A stretch of 45,436 nucleotides of DNA from a virus (taxonomy: Duplodnaviria > Heunggongvirae > Uroviricota > Caudoviricetes). Made by a program: the position numbers and the translations under genes. Where the stretch lies: the IMG/VR virus record IMGVR_UViG_2711768004_000013. One strand, given 5' to 3'. The notes under the pieces are model-generated. The model worked only from the letters and a program-made list of their open reading frames with translations. It was not told the origin of the DNA and did no database searches. Position 1 is the first letter of the stretch. Each line of letters begins with the position of its first letter. Below are positions 26,695 through 36,266 of the stretch, one piece after another.

Positions 26695-29600
26695 TTTGGG
26701 GATTGATGCGGCAGAGTTTAAAAATGAAATTCCCCGTATCAAAAACCTTCTGAATGGTGCAGCCAGCGATGCAGAACGGTCTTCTGCCCGTATGCAGCGT
26801 TTTATGGAGCGTCAGACTCAGGCCGCCCGGCAGACAACGCAGGCGGCTTCTTCGGCTGCAACAGCCGCATCCGTCCATGCGCAGACGGTGGAGAAGAACG
26901 CACAGGCTCATGAACGCATGTCCCGCGAGGTGGAGAAAACCCGCCAGCGCATGGAGGCACTGAGCCAGAAAATGCGCGAGGAACAGGCGCAGGCCATGGC
27001 TCTGGCGGAGGCTCAGGATAAAGCGGCTGCTGCGTTTTATCGTCAGATTGACAGTGTGAAACAGGCCAGTGCGGGGCTGCAGGAATTACAGCGTATTCAG
27101 CAGCAGATCCGACAGGCCAGAAACAGTGGCGGGATTGGTCAGCAGGATTATCTGGCGCTGATTTCTGAGGTTACGGCGAAAACCCGTGTTCTTACACAGG
27201 CTGAGGAAGAGGCTACCCGACAGAAAGTGGCGTTTATCCGTCAGCTTAAAGAGCAGGCAACCCGCCAGAATCTTTCATCTTCTGAGTTGCTTCGTGCTAA
27301 GGCTGCCCAGCTGGGGGTAAGCAGTGCTGCAGAAGTGTATATCCGCAAAATGGAGCAGGCAGGAAAAGCCACGCATTCGCTGGGTCTGAAAAGTGCAGCA
27401 GCCCGCCAGGAGATAGGCGTTCTGATAGGTGAACTGGCCCGCGGCAATTTAGGGGCGCTGAGGGGGTCCGGAATAACGCTGGCTAACCGTGCCGGATGGA
27501 TAGACACACTGATGTCACCGAAAGGCATGATGCTGGGCGGGGTTATTGGCGGTATTGCCGCGGCTGTCTATGGTCTGGGTAAAGCCTGGTATGACGGTCA
27601 GAAGGAGGGGGAAGAATTTAACCGCCAGTTGTCGCTGACGGGGCATTATGCCGGAGTCACTGCCGGGCAGCTGTGGACGCTCAGTCGTGCTATTTCCGGG
27701 AATGGTATTACGCAACATGCTGCAGCCGGTGCGCTGGCTCAGGTGGTGGGGAGTGGTGCATTTCGTGGAAACGATATCGGTATGGTGGCGAGAGCTGCCG
27801 CACAGATGGAGCGATCGGTTGGCCAGTCGGTCAGCGATACCATAAATCAGTTTAAGCGGCTGAAGGATGATCCTGTAAATGCCGCGAAGGCTCTGGACAA
27901 TGAGCTGCATTTTCTTACTGCCACTCAGCTTGAGCAGATACGCGTCCTTGGGGAACAGGGGCGGTCCAGTGATGCGGCACGGATAGCCATGTCTGCACTG
28001 GCAGAGGAAACCGGTCGGCGTACTGCGGATATTGATAATAACCTCAATGCGCTGGGCAGTACGCTGAAGTATCTGTCTGATTTATGGAGTCGTTTCTGGG
28101 ATGCGGCCATGAATATTGGTCGTGAAGACTCGCTGGATGAACAGATTTCCGCTTTACAGGAGAAAGTGTCGCGGGCGAAAAGACTCCCCTGGACGGCATC
28201 ATCTTCTCAGGTTGAGTACGATCAGCAGCGTCTTAACGAGCTTCAGGAGAAAAAACGCCAGAAGGATTTGCAGGATGCAAAAGAGCAGGCAGAGCGGAAT
28301 TATCAGGAGCAACAGAAACGCCGTAATGCTGAAAATGCTGCACTGAACCGGATGAATGAAACGGAAGCAGCACGACATCAGCGTGAAATTGCGCGTATTA
28401 ATTCCATGCAGTACGCCGATCAGGCTGTCAGGGATGCGGCGATACAACGTGAAAATGAACGTTACGAGAAAGCCCTGGCATCCGGTAAGAAAAAAACACG
28501 CGAACCCCGTAATGATGAGGCCACCCGGTTATTGCTGCAGTACAGTCAGCAACAGGCACAGGTGGAAGGACAGATTGCTGCTGCCAGACAGTCAGCAGGC
28601 ATTGCCACGGAAAGGATGACAGAAGCGCATAAACAGCTTCTGGCTCTGCAGCAGCGCATCAGCGACCTGGACGGGAAAAAACTGACGGCAGATGAAAAGA
28701 GTGTGCTGGCCCGTAAAGATGAACTGATTCAGGCACTGACGCTGCTGGATGTAAAACAGCAGGAGCTTCAGAAACAGACGGCACTCAACGAGCTGAAGAA
28801 AAAAACAATTCAGCTGACCAGTCAACTGGCTGAAGAAGAGCGCGCTCAGCGTCAGCAACATGACCTGGATATCGCCACGGTGGGTATGGGTGATCAGCAG
28901 CGGCAGCGATATCAGGTACAACTGAGTCTTCGCCAGAAATACCAGCAACAGCTGGAGCAGTTGAGGCGGGATAGTGAGCAGAAAGGAACATATAACACGG
29001 ATGACTACAGAAAGGCCGAGCAGGCGCTGACGGAGAGCCTGAACCGACAACTGAATGAGAATCGCCGTTACTGGCAACAGCTTGAAGTTGTGCAGGGTAA
29101 CTGGAAAAACGGAGTCCTGCGTGCATTTCAGGATTTTACCGTGGATGCAGATAATACGGCAGGAACAGCAGAACAGGTGTTCTCGTCAGCCTTCAGCAAC
29201 ATGGGAAATGGCCTGGCAACTTTTGTCACTACCGGCAAACTCAATTTCAAATCCTTCACCTCTTCTGTGCTGTCAGATATGGCGAAAATCCTGGCGCAGG
29301 CAACCATGATGAAATCGATAAAAGGGATTGGCAGTGTACTGGGATTTGATCTCAGCAGCCTTTCCCTGAATGCCAATGGGGGGATTTATCAGTCTGCTGA
29401 TTTGAGTCGTTACAGTGGCACGGTGGTTAACCGTCCGACGTTTTTTGCTTTTGCAAAAGGCGCGGGTGTGATGGGGGAAGCGGGACCTGAAGCCATTCTG
29501 CCACTGCGTCGTGGTGCTGACGGTAAGCTGGGGGTTGTGGCGGATATTGGTGGTTCAGGTATGGCGATGTTTGCCCCGCAGTACAACATCGAGATCAATA

Positions 29601-29731
29601 ACGATGGCACGAACGGGCAGATAGGTCCGGCTGCCCTGAAGGTGGTTTATGACCTTGGGAAAAAAGCGGCAGCGGACTTTATGCAACAGCAGGCCCGTGA
29701 TGGTGGTCGGTTAAGTGGAGCATATCGGTAA
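26666..29731 (+). CDS. tail tape measure protein (gpH-like)
   Basis: About 1021 aa, long coiled-coil-rich (Q/A/E/R) protein; GGAGG 9 nt upstream of the ATG at 26666. Confidence 0.85.
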   Translation: MDQIANLVIDLGIDAAEFKNEIPRIKNLLNGAASDAERSSARMQRFMERQTQAARQTTQAASSAATAASVHAQTVEKNAQAHERMSREVEKTRQRMEALSQKMREEQAQAMALAEAQDKAAAAFYRQIDSVKQASAGLQELQRIQQQIRQARNSGGIGQQDYLALISEVTAKTRVLTQAEEEATRQKVAFIRQLKEQATRQNLSSSELLRAKAAQLGVSSAAEVYIRKMEQAGKATHSLGLKSAAARQEIGVLIGELARGNLGALRGSGITLANRAGWIDTLMSPKGMMLGGVIGGIAAAVYGLGKAWYDGQKEGEEFNRQLSLTGHYAGVTAGQLWTLSRAISGNGITQHAAAGALAQVVGSGAFRGNDIGMVARAAAQMERSVGQSVSDTINQFKRLKDDPVNAAKALDNELHFLTATQLEQIRVLGEQGRSSDAARIAMSALAEETGRRTADIDNNLNALGSTLKYLSDLWSRFWDAAMNIGREDSLDEQISALQEKVSRAKRLPWTASSSQVEYDQQRLNELQEKKRQKDLQDAKEQAERNYQEQQKRRNAENAALNRMNETEAARHQREIARINSMQYADQAVRDAAIQRENERYEKALASGKKKTREPRNDEATRLLLQYSQQQAQVEGQIAAARQSAGIATERMTEAHKQLLALQQRISDLDGKKLTADEKSVLARKDELIQALTLLDVKQQELQKQTALNELKKKTIQLTSQLAEEERAQRQQHDLDIATVGMGDQQRQRYQVQLSLRQKYQQQLEQLRRDSEQKGTYNTDDYRKAEQALTESLNRQLNENRRYWQQLEVVQGNWKNGVLRAFQDFTVDADNTAGTAEQVFSSAFSNMGNGLATFVTTGKLNFKSFTSSVLSDMAKILAQATMMKSIKGIGSVLGFDLSSLSLNANGGIYQSADLSRYSGTVVNRPTFFAFAKGAGVMGEAGPEAILPLRRGADGKLGVVADIGGSGMAMFAPQYNIEINNDGTNGQIGPAALKVVYDLGKKAAADFMQQQARDGGRLSGAYR

Positions 29732-30060
29732 TGGAGACGTTTCACTGGAAAGTGCGCCCGGATATGAATGTGGTATCAGAGCCGAAAGTGGTGACAGTGA
29801 AGCTGGGCGATGGTTATGAACAGCGTCGTGCGGCGGGACTGAATAACCAGTTGTCGACTTACAGCGTGACGATACGTGTTCGTAAATGTGAACACCCATC
29901 TTTAAAAGCCTTTCTGGAACGGCACGGTGGCGTCCGCGCATTTCAGTGGACGCCACCTTATGACTGGAAGCCGATCAGGGTGGTTTGTCGTAAATGGTCG
30001 GCAAGCGTGGGGGCGTTGTGGGTAACCATAACGGCAGATTTTGAACAGGTCGTGGCATAG
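29731..30060 (+). CDS. minor tail protein (gpM-like)
   Basis: 109 aa, same length and position as lambda M. Confidence 0.8.
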   Translation: METFHWKVRPDMNVVSEPKVVTVKLGDGYEQRRAAGLNNQLSTYSVTIRVRKCEHPSLKAFLERHGGVRAFQWTPPYDWKPIRVVCRKWSASVGALWVTITADFEQVVA

Positions 30061-30069
30061 GAGTCTCTG

Positions 30070-30768
30070 ATGCAGGATATTCCACAGGAAACACATCATG
30101 AGACGACACGCCTCACTCAGTCAGCCCAGGTGGTGCTCTGGGAAATCGATCTGACAGAGGTCGGTGGAGAACGTTATTTTTTCTGTAATGAGCAGAACGA
30201 AAAAGGTGAGCCGGTCACCTGGCAGGGGCGACAGTATCAGGCGTATCCCATTCAGGGGACGGGATTTGAACTGAACGGCAAGGGCAGTGCTGCCCGTCCG
30301 ACACTGACGGTTTCTAACCTGCACGGCATGGTCACCGGGATGGCGGAAGATCTGCAGAGTCTGGTCGGCGGAACGGTGGTCCGGCGTAAGGTTTACGCCC
30401 GTTTTCTGGATGCGGTGAACTTCGTCAACGGAAACAGTGACGCCGATCCGGAGCAGGAGGTGATCAGCCGCTGGCGCATCGAGCAGTGCAGCGAACTGAG
30501 CGCGGTGAGTGCCTCTTTTGTACTGTCCACGCCGACGGAAACAGATGGCGCTGTTTTTCCGGGACGTATCATGCTGGCCAACACCTGCACCTGGACCTAT
30601 CGCGGCGATGAGTGCGGTTATCACGGTCCGGCGGTCGCGGATGAATATGATCAGCCGACGTCCGATATCACGAAGGATAAATGCAGCAAATGCCTGAGCG
30701 GCTGTAAGTTTCGCAATAACGTCGGCAACTTTGGCGGCTTCCTTTCCATTAACAAACTTTCGCAGTAA
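30070..30768 (+). CDS. minor tail protein (gpL-like)
   Basis: 232 aa, same length and position as lambda L; C-terminal Cys cluster; AGGAG upstream. Confidence 0.8.
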   Translation: MQDIPQETHHETTRLTQSAQVVLWEIDLTEVGGERYFFCNEQNEKGEPVTWQGRQYQAYPIQGTGFELNGKGSAARPTLTVSNLHGMVTGMAEDLQSLVGGTVVRRKVYARFLDAVNFVNGNSDADPEQEVISRWRIEQCSELSAVSASFVLSTPTETDGAVFPGRIMLANTCTWTYRGDECGYHGPAVADEYDQPTSDITKDKCSKCLSGCKFRNNVGNFGGFLSINKLSQ

Positions 30769-30773
30769 ATCCC

Positions 30774-31517
30774 ATGACAGAGACAGAATCAGCGATTCTG
30801 GCGCACGCCCGGCGATGTGCGCCAGCGGAGTCGTGCGGCTTCGTGGTGAGAACACCGGAGGGGGAAAGATATTTTCCCTGCGTGAATATCTCCGGTGAGC
30901 CGGAGGAGTATTTCCGGATGTCGCCGGAGGACTGGCTGCGGGCAGAGATGCAGGGTGAGATTGTGGCGCTGGTCCACAGCCACCCCGGTGGTCTGCCCTG
31001 GCTGAGTGAGGCCGACCGGCGGCTGCAGGTGCAGAGTGATTTGCCGTGGTGGCTGGTCTGCCGGGGGGCGATTCACAAGTTCCGCTGTGTGCCACATCTT
31101 ACCGGGCGGCGCTTTGAGCACGGGGTGACGGACTGTTACACGCTGTTCCGGGATGCTTACCATCTGGCGGGGATTGAGATGCCGGATTTTCATCGCGGGG
31201 ATGACTGGTGGCGTCACGGTCAGAATCTCTATCTGGATAATCTGGAGGCTACAGGGCTGTATCAGGTGCCGTTGTCAGCGGCGCAGCCGGGCGATGTGCT
31301 GCTGTGCTGTTTTGGTTCATCGGTGCCGAATCATGCCGCCATTTACTGTGGTGACGGCGAGCTGCTGCACCATATTCCTGAACAACTGAGCAAACGAGAG
31401 AGGTATACCGACAAATGGCAGCGACGCACACACTCCCTCTGGCGTCACCGGGCATGGCACGCATCTGCCTTTACGGGGATTTACAACGATTTGGCCGCCG
31501 CATCGACCTTCGAGTGA
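30774..31517 (+). CDS. tail assembly protein (gpK-like, JAB/MPN plus NlpC/P60-like)
   Basis: HSHP motif (VALVHSHPGG) typical of JAB/MPN; Cys/His residues of an NlpC/P60-like domain. Confidence 0.8.
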   Translation: MTETESAILAHARRCAPAESCGFVVRTPEGERYFPCVNISGEPEEYFRMSPEDWLRAEMQGEIVALVHSHPGGLPWLSEADRRLQVQSDLPWWLVCRGAIHKFRCVPHLTGRRFEHGVTDCYTLFRDAYHLAGIEMPDFHRGDDWWRHGQNLYLDNLEATGLYQVPLSAAQPGDVLLCCFGSSVPNHAAIYCGDGELLHHIPEQLSKRERYTDKWQRRTHSLWRHRAWHASAFTGIYNDLAAASTFE

Positions 31518-32062
31518 AAACGGGGTCCGAAGCCATCCGGGCGCTGGCCATGCAGATCCCGGCGTTTCGTCAGAAACTGAATGAGGGCTGGTATCAGGTG
31601 CGCATTGCCGGGCGTGATGCAGGCGAAAATGAATTATCTGCCCGTCTTAATGAGCCGCTGGCAAATGGTGCCGTGATCCACATCGTGCCGCGTCTGGCGG
31701 GAGCTAAAAGTGGCGGTGTGTTTCAGGTGGTGCTTGGGGCGGCGCTGATTGCGGTGGCATGGTGGAACCCTGTGGGCTGGCTGGGGGCCGCGGCTGTATC
31801 GGGCATGTATGCGGCAGGGGCCAGTATGATCCTGGGCGGAGTGGCGCAGATGCTGGCACCGAAAGCCAGGACGCCCACGGCAGCCAGTACAGATAACGGC
31901 AAACAGAACACCTATTTCTCCTCACTGGATAACATGGTTGCCCAGGGCAATGTTCTGCCTGTTCTGTACGGTGAAATGCGCGTGGGGTCACGTGTGGTTT
32001 CTCAGGAGATCAGCACGGCAGACGAAGGGGATGGTGGTCAGGTTGTGGTGATTGGTCGCTGA
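31415..32062 (+). CDS. tail assembly protein (gpI-like); alternative GTG start at 31514 overlapping the K stop
   Basis: C-terminal hydrophobic Gly/Ala-rich segment and ...NVLPVLYGEMRVGSRVVSQEIS... as in lambda gpI. Confidence 0.7.
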   Translation: MAATHTLPLASPGMARICLYGDLQRFGRRIDLRVKTGSEAIRALAMQIPAFRQKLNEGWYQVRIAGRDAGENELSARLNEPLANGAVIHIVPRLAGAKSGGVFQVVLGAALIAVAWWNPVGWLGAAAVSGMYAAGASMILGGVAQMLAPKARTPTAASTDNGKQNTYFSSLDNMVAQGNVLPVLYGEMRVGSRVVSQEISTADEGDGGQVVVIGR

Positions 32063-32122
32063 TGCAAAATGTTTTATGTGAAACCGCCTCCGGGCGGTTT
32101 TGTCGTTTATGGAGCGTGAGGA

Positions 32123-35100
32123 ATGGGTAAAGGCAGCAGTAAGGGGCATACCCCGCGCGAAGCAAAGGACAACCTGAAGTCCACGCAGTTGCTGAGTGTG
32201 ATCGATACCATCAGCGAAGGGCCGGTTGAAGGTCCGGTGGATGGATTAAAAAGCGTGCTGCTGAACAGTACACCGGTGCTGGACAGTGAGGGGAATACCA
32301 ACATCTCTGGTGTCACGGTGGTGTTCCGGGCAGGTGAGCAGGAACAGACACCGCCGGAGGGATTTGAATCATCAGGTTCCGAGACGGTACTGGGTACGGA
32401 AGTGAAATACGACACGCCGATCACCCGGACCATCACGTCGGCAAACATTGACCGTCTGCGCTTTACCTTCGGTGTGCAGGCACTGGTGGAAACCACCTCA
32501 AAGGGGGACAGGAATCCGTCGGAAGTCCGCCTGCTGGTTCAGATACAACGTAATGGTGGCTGGGTGACGGAAAAAGACATCACCATTAAGGGCAAAACCA
32601 CCTCGCAGTATCTGGCCTCGGTGGTGGTGGGTAACCTGCCGCCGCGCCCGTTCAATATACGGATGCGCAGGATGACGCCGGACAGCACCACAGACCAGCT
32701 GCAGAACAAAACGCTCTGGTCGTCATACACCGAAATCATCGATGTGAAACAGTGCTACCCGAACACGGCACTGGTCGGCGTGCAGGTGGATTCGGAGCAG
32801 TTCGGCAGCCAGCAGGTGAGCCGTAATTATCATCTGCGCGGGCGCATTCTGCAGGTGCCGTCGAGCTATAACCCGCAGACGCGGCAATACAGCGGTATCT
32901 GGGACGGAACGTTTAAGCCAGCATACAGCAACAACATGGCCTGGTGTCTGTGGGATATGCTGACCCATCCGCGCTACGGCATGGGGAAACGTCTTGGTGC
33001 GGCGGATGTGGACAAATGGGCGCTGTANNNNNNNNNNNNNNNNNNNNNNNNNNNNNNNNNNNNNNNNNNNNNNNNNNNNNNNNNNNNNNNNNNNNNNNNN
33101 NNNNNNNNNNNNNNNNNNNNNNNNNNNNNNNNNNNNNNNNNNNNNNNNNNNNNNNNNNNNNNNNNNNNNNNNNNNNNNNNNNNNNNNNNNNNNNNNNNNN
33201 NNNNNNNNNNNNNNNNNNNNNNNNNNNNNNNNNNNNNNNNNNNNNNNNNNNNNNNNNNNNNNNNNNNNNNNNNNNNNNNNNNNNNNNNNNNNNNNNNNNN
33301 NNNNNNNNNNNNNNNNNNNNNNNNNNNNNNNNNNNNNNNNNNNNNNNNNNNNNNNNNNNNNNNNNNNNNNNNNNNNNNNNNNNCATTGCCCGTTACGGTC
33401 GTAACGTCACGAAGATGGATGCTTTTGGCTGTACCAGCCGGGGGCAGGCACACCGCGCCGGGCTGTGGCTGATTAAAACAGAACTGCTGGAAACGCAGAC
33501 CGTGGACTTCAGCGTGGGTGCCGAAGGGCTTCGCCATGTACCGGGCGATGTCATTGAAATCTGCGATGATGACTATGCCGGTATCCGCACCGGCGGGCGC
33601 GTGCTGGCGGTAAACAGCCAGACCCGGACGCTGACGCTCGACCGTGAAATCACGCTGCCATCTTCCGGCACCACGCTGATAAGCCTGGTTGACGGGCAGG
33701 GGAGTCCGGTCAGCGTGGAGGTTCAGTCCGTCACCGACGGCGTGAAGGTGAAAGTGAGCCGTGTTCCTGACGGCGTTGCTGAATACAGCGTATGGGGGCT
33801 GAAGCTGCCGACGCTGCGCCAGCGCCTGTTCCGCTGCGTGAGTATCCGTGAGAACGACGACGGCACGTATGCCATCACTGCCGTGCAGCATGTACCGGAA
33901 AAAGAGGCCATCGTGGATAACGGGGCGCACTTTGACGGCGACCAGAGCGGCACGGTAAATGGTGTCACGCCGCCAGCGGTGCAGCACCTGACCGCAGAAG
34001 TCACCGCAGACAGCGGGGAATACCAGGTGCTGGCCCGCTGGGACACGCCGAAGGTGGTGAAGGGCGTGAGCTTCCTGCTTCGCCTGACCGTGGCAGCGGA
34101 TGACGGCCGTGAGCGGCTGGTCAGCACGGCCCGGACGACGGAAACCACTTACCGCTTCACACAACTGGCTCTGGGGAACTACAGGCTGACAGTCCGGGCA
34201 GTAAATGCGTGGGGGCAGCAGGGCGATCCGGCGTCGGTATCGTTCCGGATTGCCGCACCGGCAGCGCCGTCGCGGATTGAGCTGACGCCGGGCTATTTTC
34301 AGATAACCGCCACGCCGCATCTTGCGGTTTATGACCCGACGGTACAGTTTGAGTTCTGGTTCTCGGAAAAACGGATTGCGGATATCAGGCAGGTTGAAAC
34401 CACAGCCCGCTACCTTGGCACGGGGCTGTACTGGATAGCCGCCAGTATCAATATTAAGCCGGGCCATGATTATTACTTTTATATCCGCAGTGTGAACACC
34501 GTCGGCAAATCAGCATTCGTGGAGGCTGTCGGTCGGGCGAGCGATGATGCGGAAGGTTACCTGGATTTTTTCAAAGGCCAGATAACCGAATCCCATCTCG
34601 GCCAGGAGCTGCTGGAAAAAGTCGACCTGACGGAGGATAACGCCAGCAGACTGGAGGAGTTTTCGAAAGAGTGGAAGGACGCCAACGATAAGTGGAATGC
34701 CATGTGGGGCGTCAAAATTGAGCAGACCAAAGACGGCAAACATTATGTCGCGGGTATTGGCCTCAGCATGGAGGACACGGAGGAAGGCAAACTGAGCCAG
34801 TTTCTGGTTGCCGCTAACCGTATCGCGTTTATTGACCCGGCAAACGGGAATGAAACGCCGATGTTTGTGGCGCAGGGCAACCAGATATTCATGAATGACG
34901 TGTTCCTGAAACGCCTGACGGCTCCCACCATTACCAGCGGTGGAAATCCGCCGGCATTTTCCCTGACACCAGACGGAAAGCTGACCGCTAAAAATGCGGA
35001 TATCAGCGGTAATGTGAATGCAAATTCAGGGACGCTCAACAATGTCACGATTAACCAGAACTGTACGATTAAGGGCATGCTGGAGGCGACCCAGGTCAGA

Positions 35101-35532
35101 GGAGATTTCGTTAAAGCTGTATCAAAAGCCTTCCCGAAAAAAGTCGGTACGTGGGGTAACACGGAAACACCAAACGGTACGGTTACAGTCACCATCAGCG
35201 ATGATCATAACTTTGACCGCCAGATTATTATTCCGCCCATTATTTTTAACGGTATAGCGTATGACGATCCGGGGAGCGGAAATAACCCAGGAGGCACGCG
35301 ATACACGGGTTATGGTTTTGAAGTTCGCAAAAACGGCGTATTAATCGCATCCAGAGAAACTAAAGGGGCCATTCCCGGTAGTTACAGTGCAGTTATTGAT
35401 ATGCCGAGTGGCAGGGGAAGCGTCACTCTGGAGTTTAAGATTTTCCAGAAAGGCAATCAGGGGGCAGGCAATATCACCGACTGTACGGTGATTGTGACCA
35501 AAAAAGCCGCTTCCGGCATCAGTATTCGTTGA
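32123..35532 (+). CDS. central tail fiber / host specificity protein (gpJ-like), interrupted by an assembly gap
   Basis: Total span about 1136 codons, comparable to lambda J; the two flanks of the N-run are in different frames, so the gap length is not the true length. Confidence 0.8.
33027..33383. other. assembly gap (N-run) inside the J-like gene
   Basis: 357 consecutive N. Confidence 0.95.
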
Positions 35533-35554
35533 AATATTTATAACCCCAATAAAG

Positions 35555-35578
35555 GGCGTCAGGAATGACGCCTTTTTT
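35555..35578 (+). terminator. intrinsic terminator after J
   Basis: GGCGTCA-GGAA-TGACGCC followed by TTTTTT. Confidence 0.6.
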
Positions 35579-35602
35579 ATTGCAGAAAAGCGAGAGGTAA
35601 TT

Positions 35603-36202
35603 ATGCGTAAAGTTTGTGCAGCAATTTTGTCCGCAGCCATTTGTCTGGCCGTATCCGGTGCGCCTGCATGGGCGTCTGAACATCAGTCCACGCTGAGCGC
35701 GGGGTATCTTCATGCCTCGACGAACGTCCCCGGCAGTGATGATCTGAACGGGATTAACGTGAAATACCGTTATGAGTTTACGGACACACTGGGGCTGGTG
35801 ACGTCATTCAGCTATGCAGGAGACAAGAATCGCCAGCTGACCCGTTACAGCGATACCCGCTGGCATGAAGATTCCGTTCGTAACCGCTGGTTCAGCGTAA
35901 TGGCGGGGCCGTCTGTGCGCGTGAATGAATGGTTCAGCGCGTATGCGATGGCGGGTGTGGCTTACAGCCGTGTGTCGACTTTCTCCGGGGATTATCTTCG
36001 CGTAACTGACAACAAGGGGAAAACGCACGATGTGCTGACCGGAAGTGATGACGGTCGCCACAGCAACACGTCTCTGGCGTGGGGAGCTGGCGTGCAGTTT
36101 AACCCGACCGAATCCGTGGCCATTGATATTGCTTATGAAGGCTCCGGCAGTGGCGACTGGCGCACTGACGGTTTCATCGTGGGTGTCGGTTATAAATTCT
36201 GA
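35603..36202 (+). CDS. lom: Lom-like outer membrane beta-barrel protein (Ail/Lom/PagC family)
   Basis: 199 aa with signal peptide and alternating beta-strand pattern ending ...GVGYKF; located between J and stf as lambda lom is. Confidence 0.8.
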   Translation: MRKVCAAILSAAICLAVSGAPAWASEHQSTLSAGYLHASTNVPGSDDLNGINVKYRYEFTDTLGLVTSFSYAGDKNRQLTRYSDTRWHEDSVRNRWFSVMAGPSVRVNEWFSAYAMAGVAYSRVSTFSGDYLRVTDNKGKTHDVLTGSDDGRHSNTSLAWGAGVQFNPTESVAIDIAYEGSGSGDWRTDGFIVGVGYKF

Positions 36203-36228
36203 TTAGCCAGGTAACACAGTGTTATGAC

Positions 36229-36255
36229 AGCCCGCCGGTTCAGGCGGGCTTTTTT
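36229..36255 (+). terminator. intrinsic terminator after lom
   Basis: AGCCCGCC-GGTTCA-GGCGGGCT followed by TTTTTT. Confidence 0.6.
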
Positions 36256-36266
36256 GTGGGGTGAAT

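Noticed and set aside
28592-29126. Minus-strand ORFs (161 and 113 aa) inside the tape measure gene
   Set aside because: Antisense to a very well supported 1021-codon gene; Leu/Gln-rich reflection of the coiled-coil codons.
30121-31095. 324-aa minus-strand ORF across the L-like and K-like tail genes
   Set aside because: Antisense to two well-supported tail genes; Pro/Ala/Arg-rich translation typical of GC-rich antisense frames.
32974-34467. 497-aa minus-strand ORF inside the J-like gene, plus other ORFs containing runs of X
   Set aside because: Antisense to J and running through the N-run; X residues are translated assembly gaps, not sequence.
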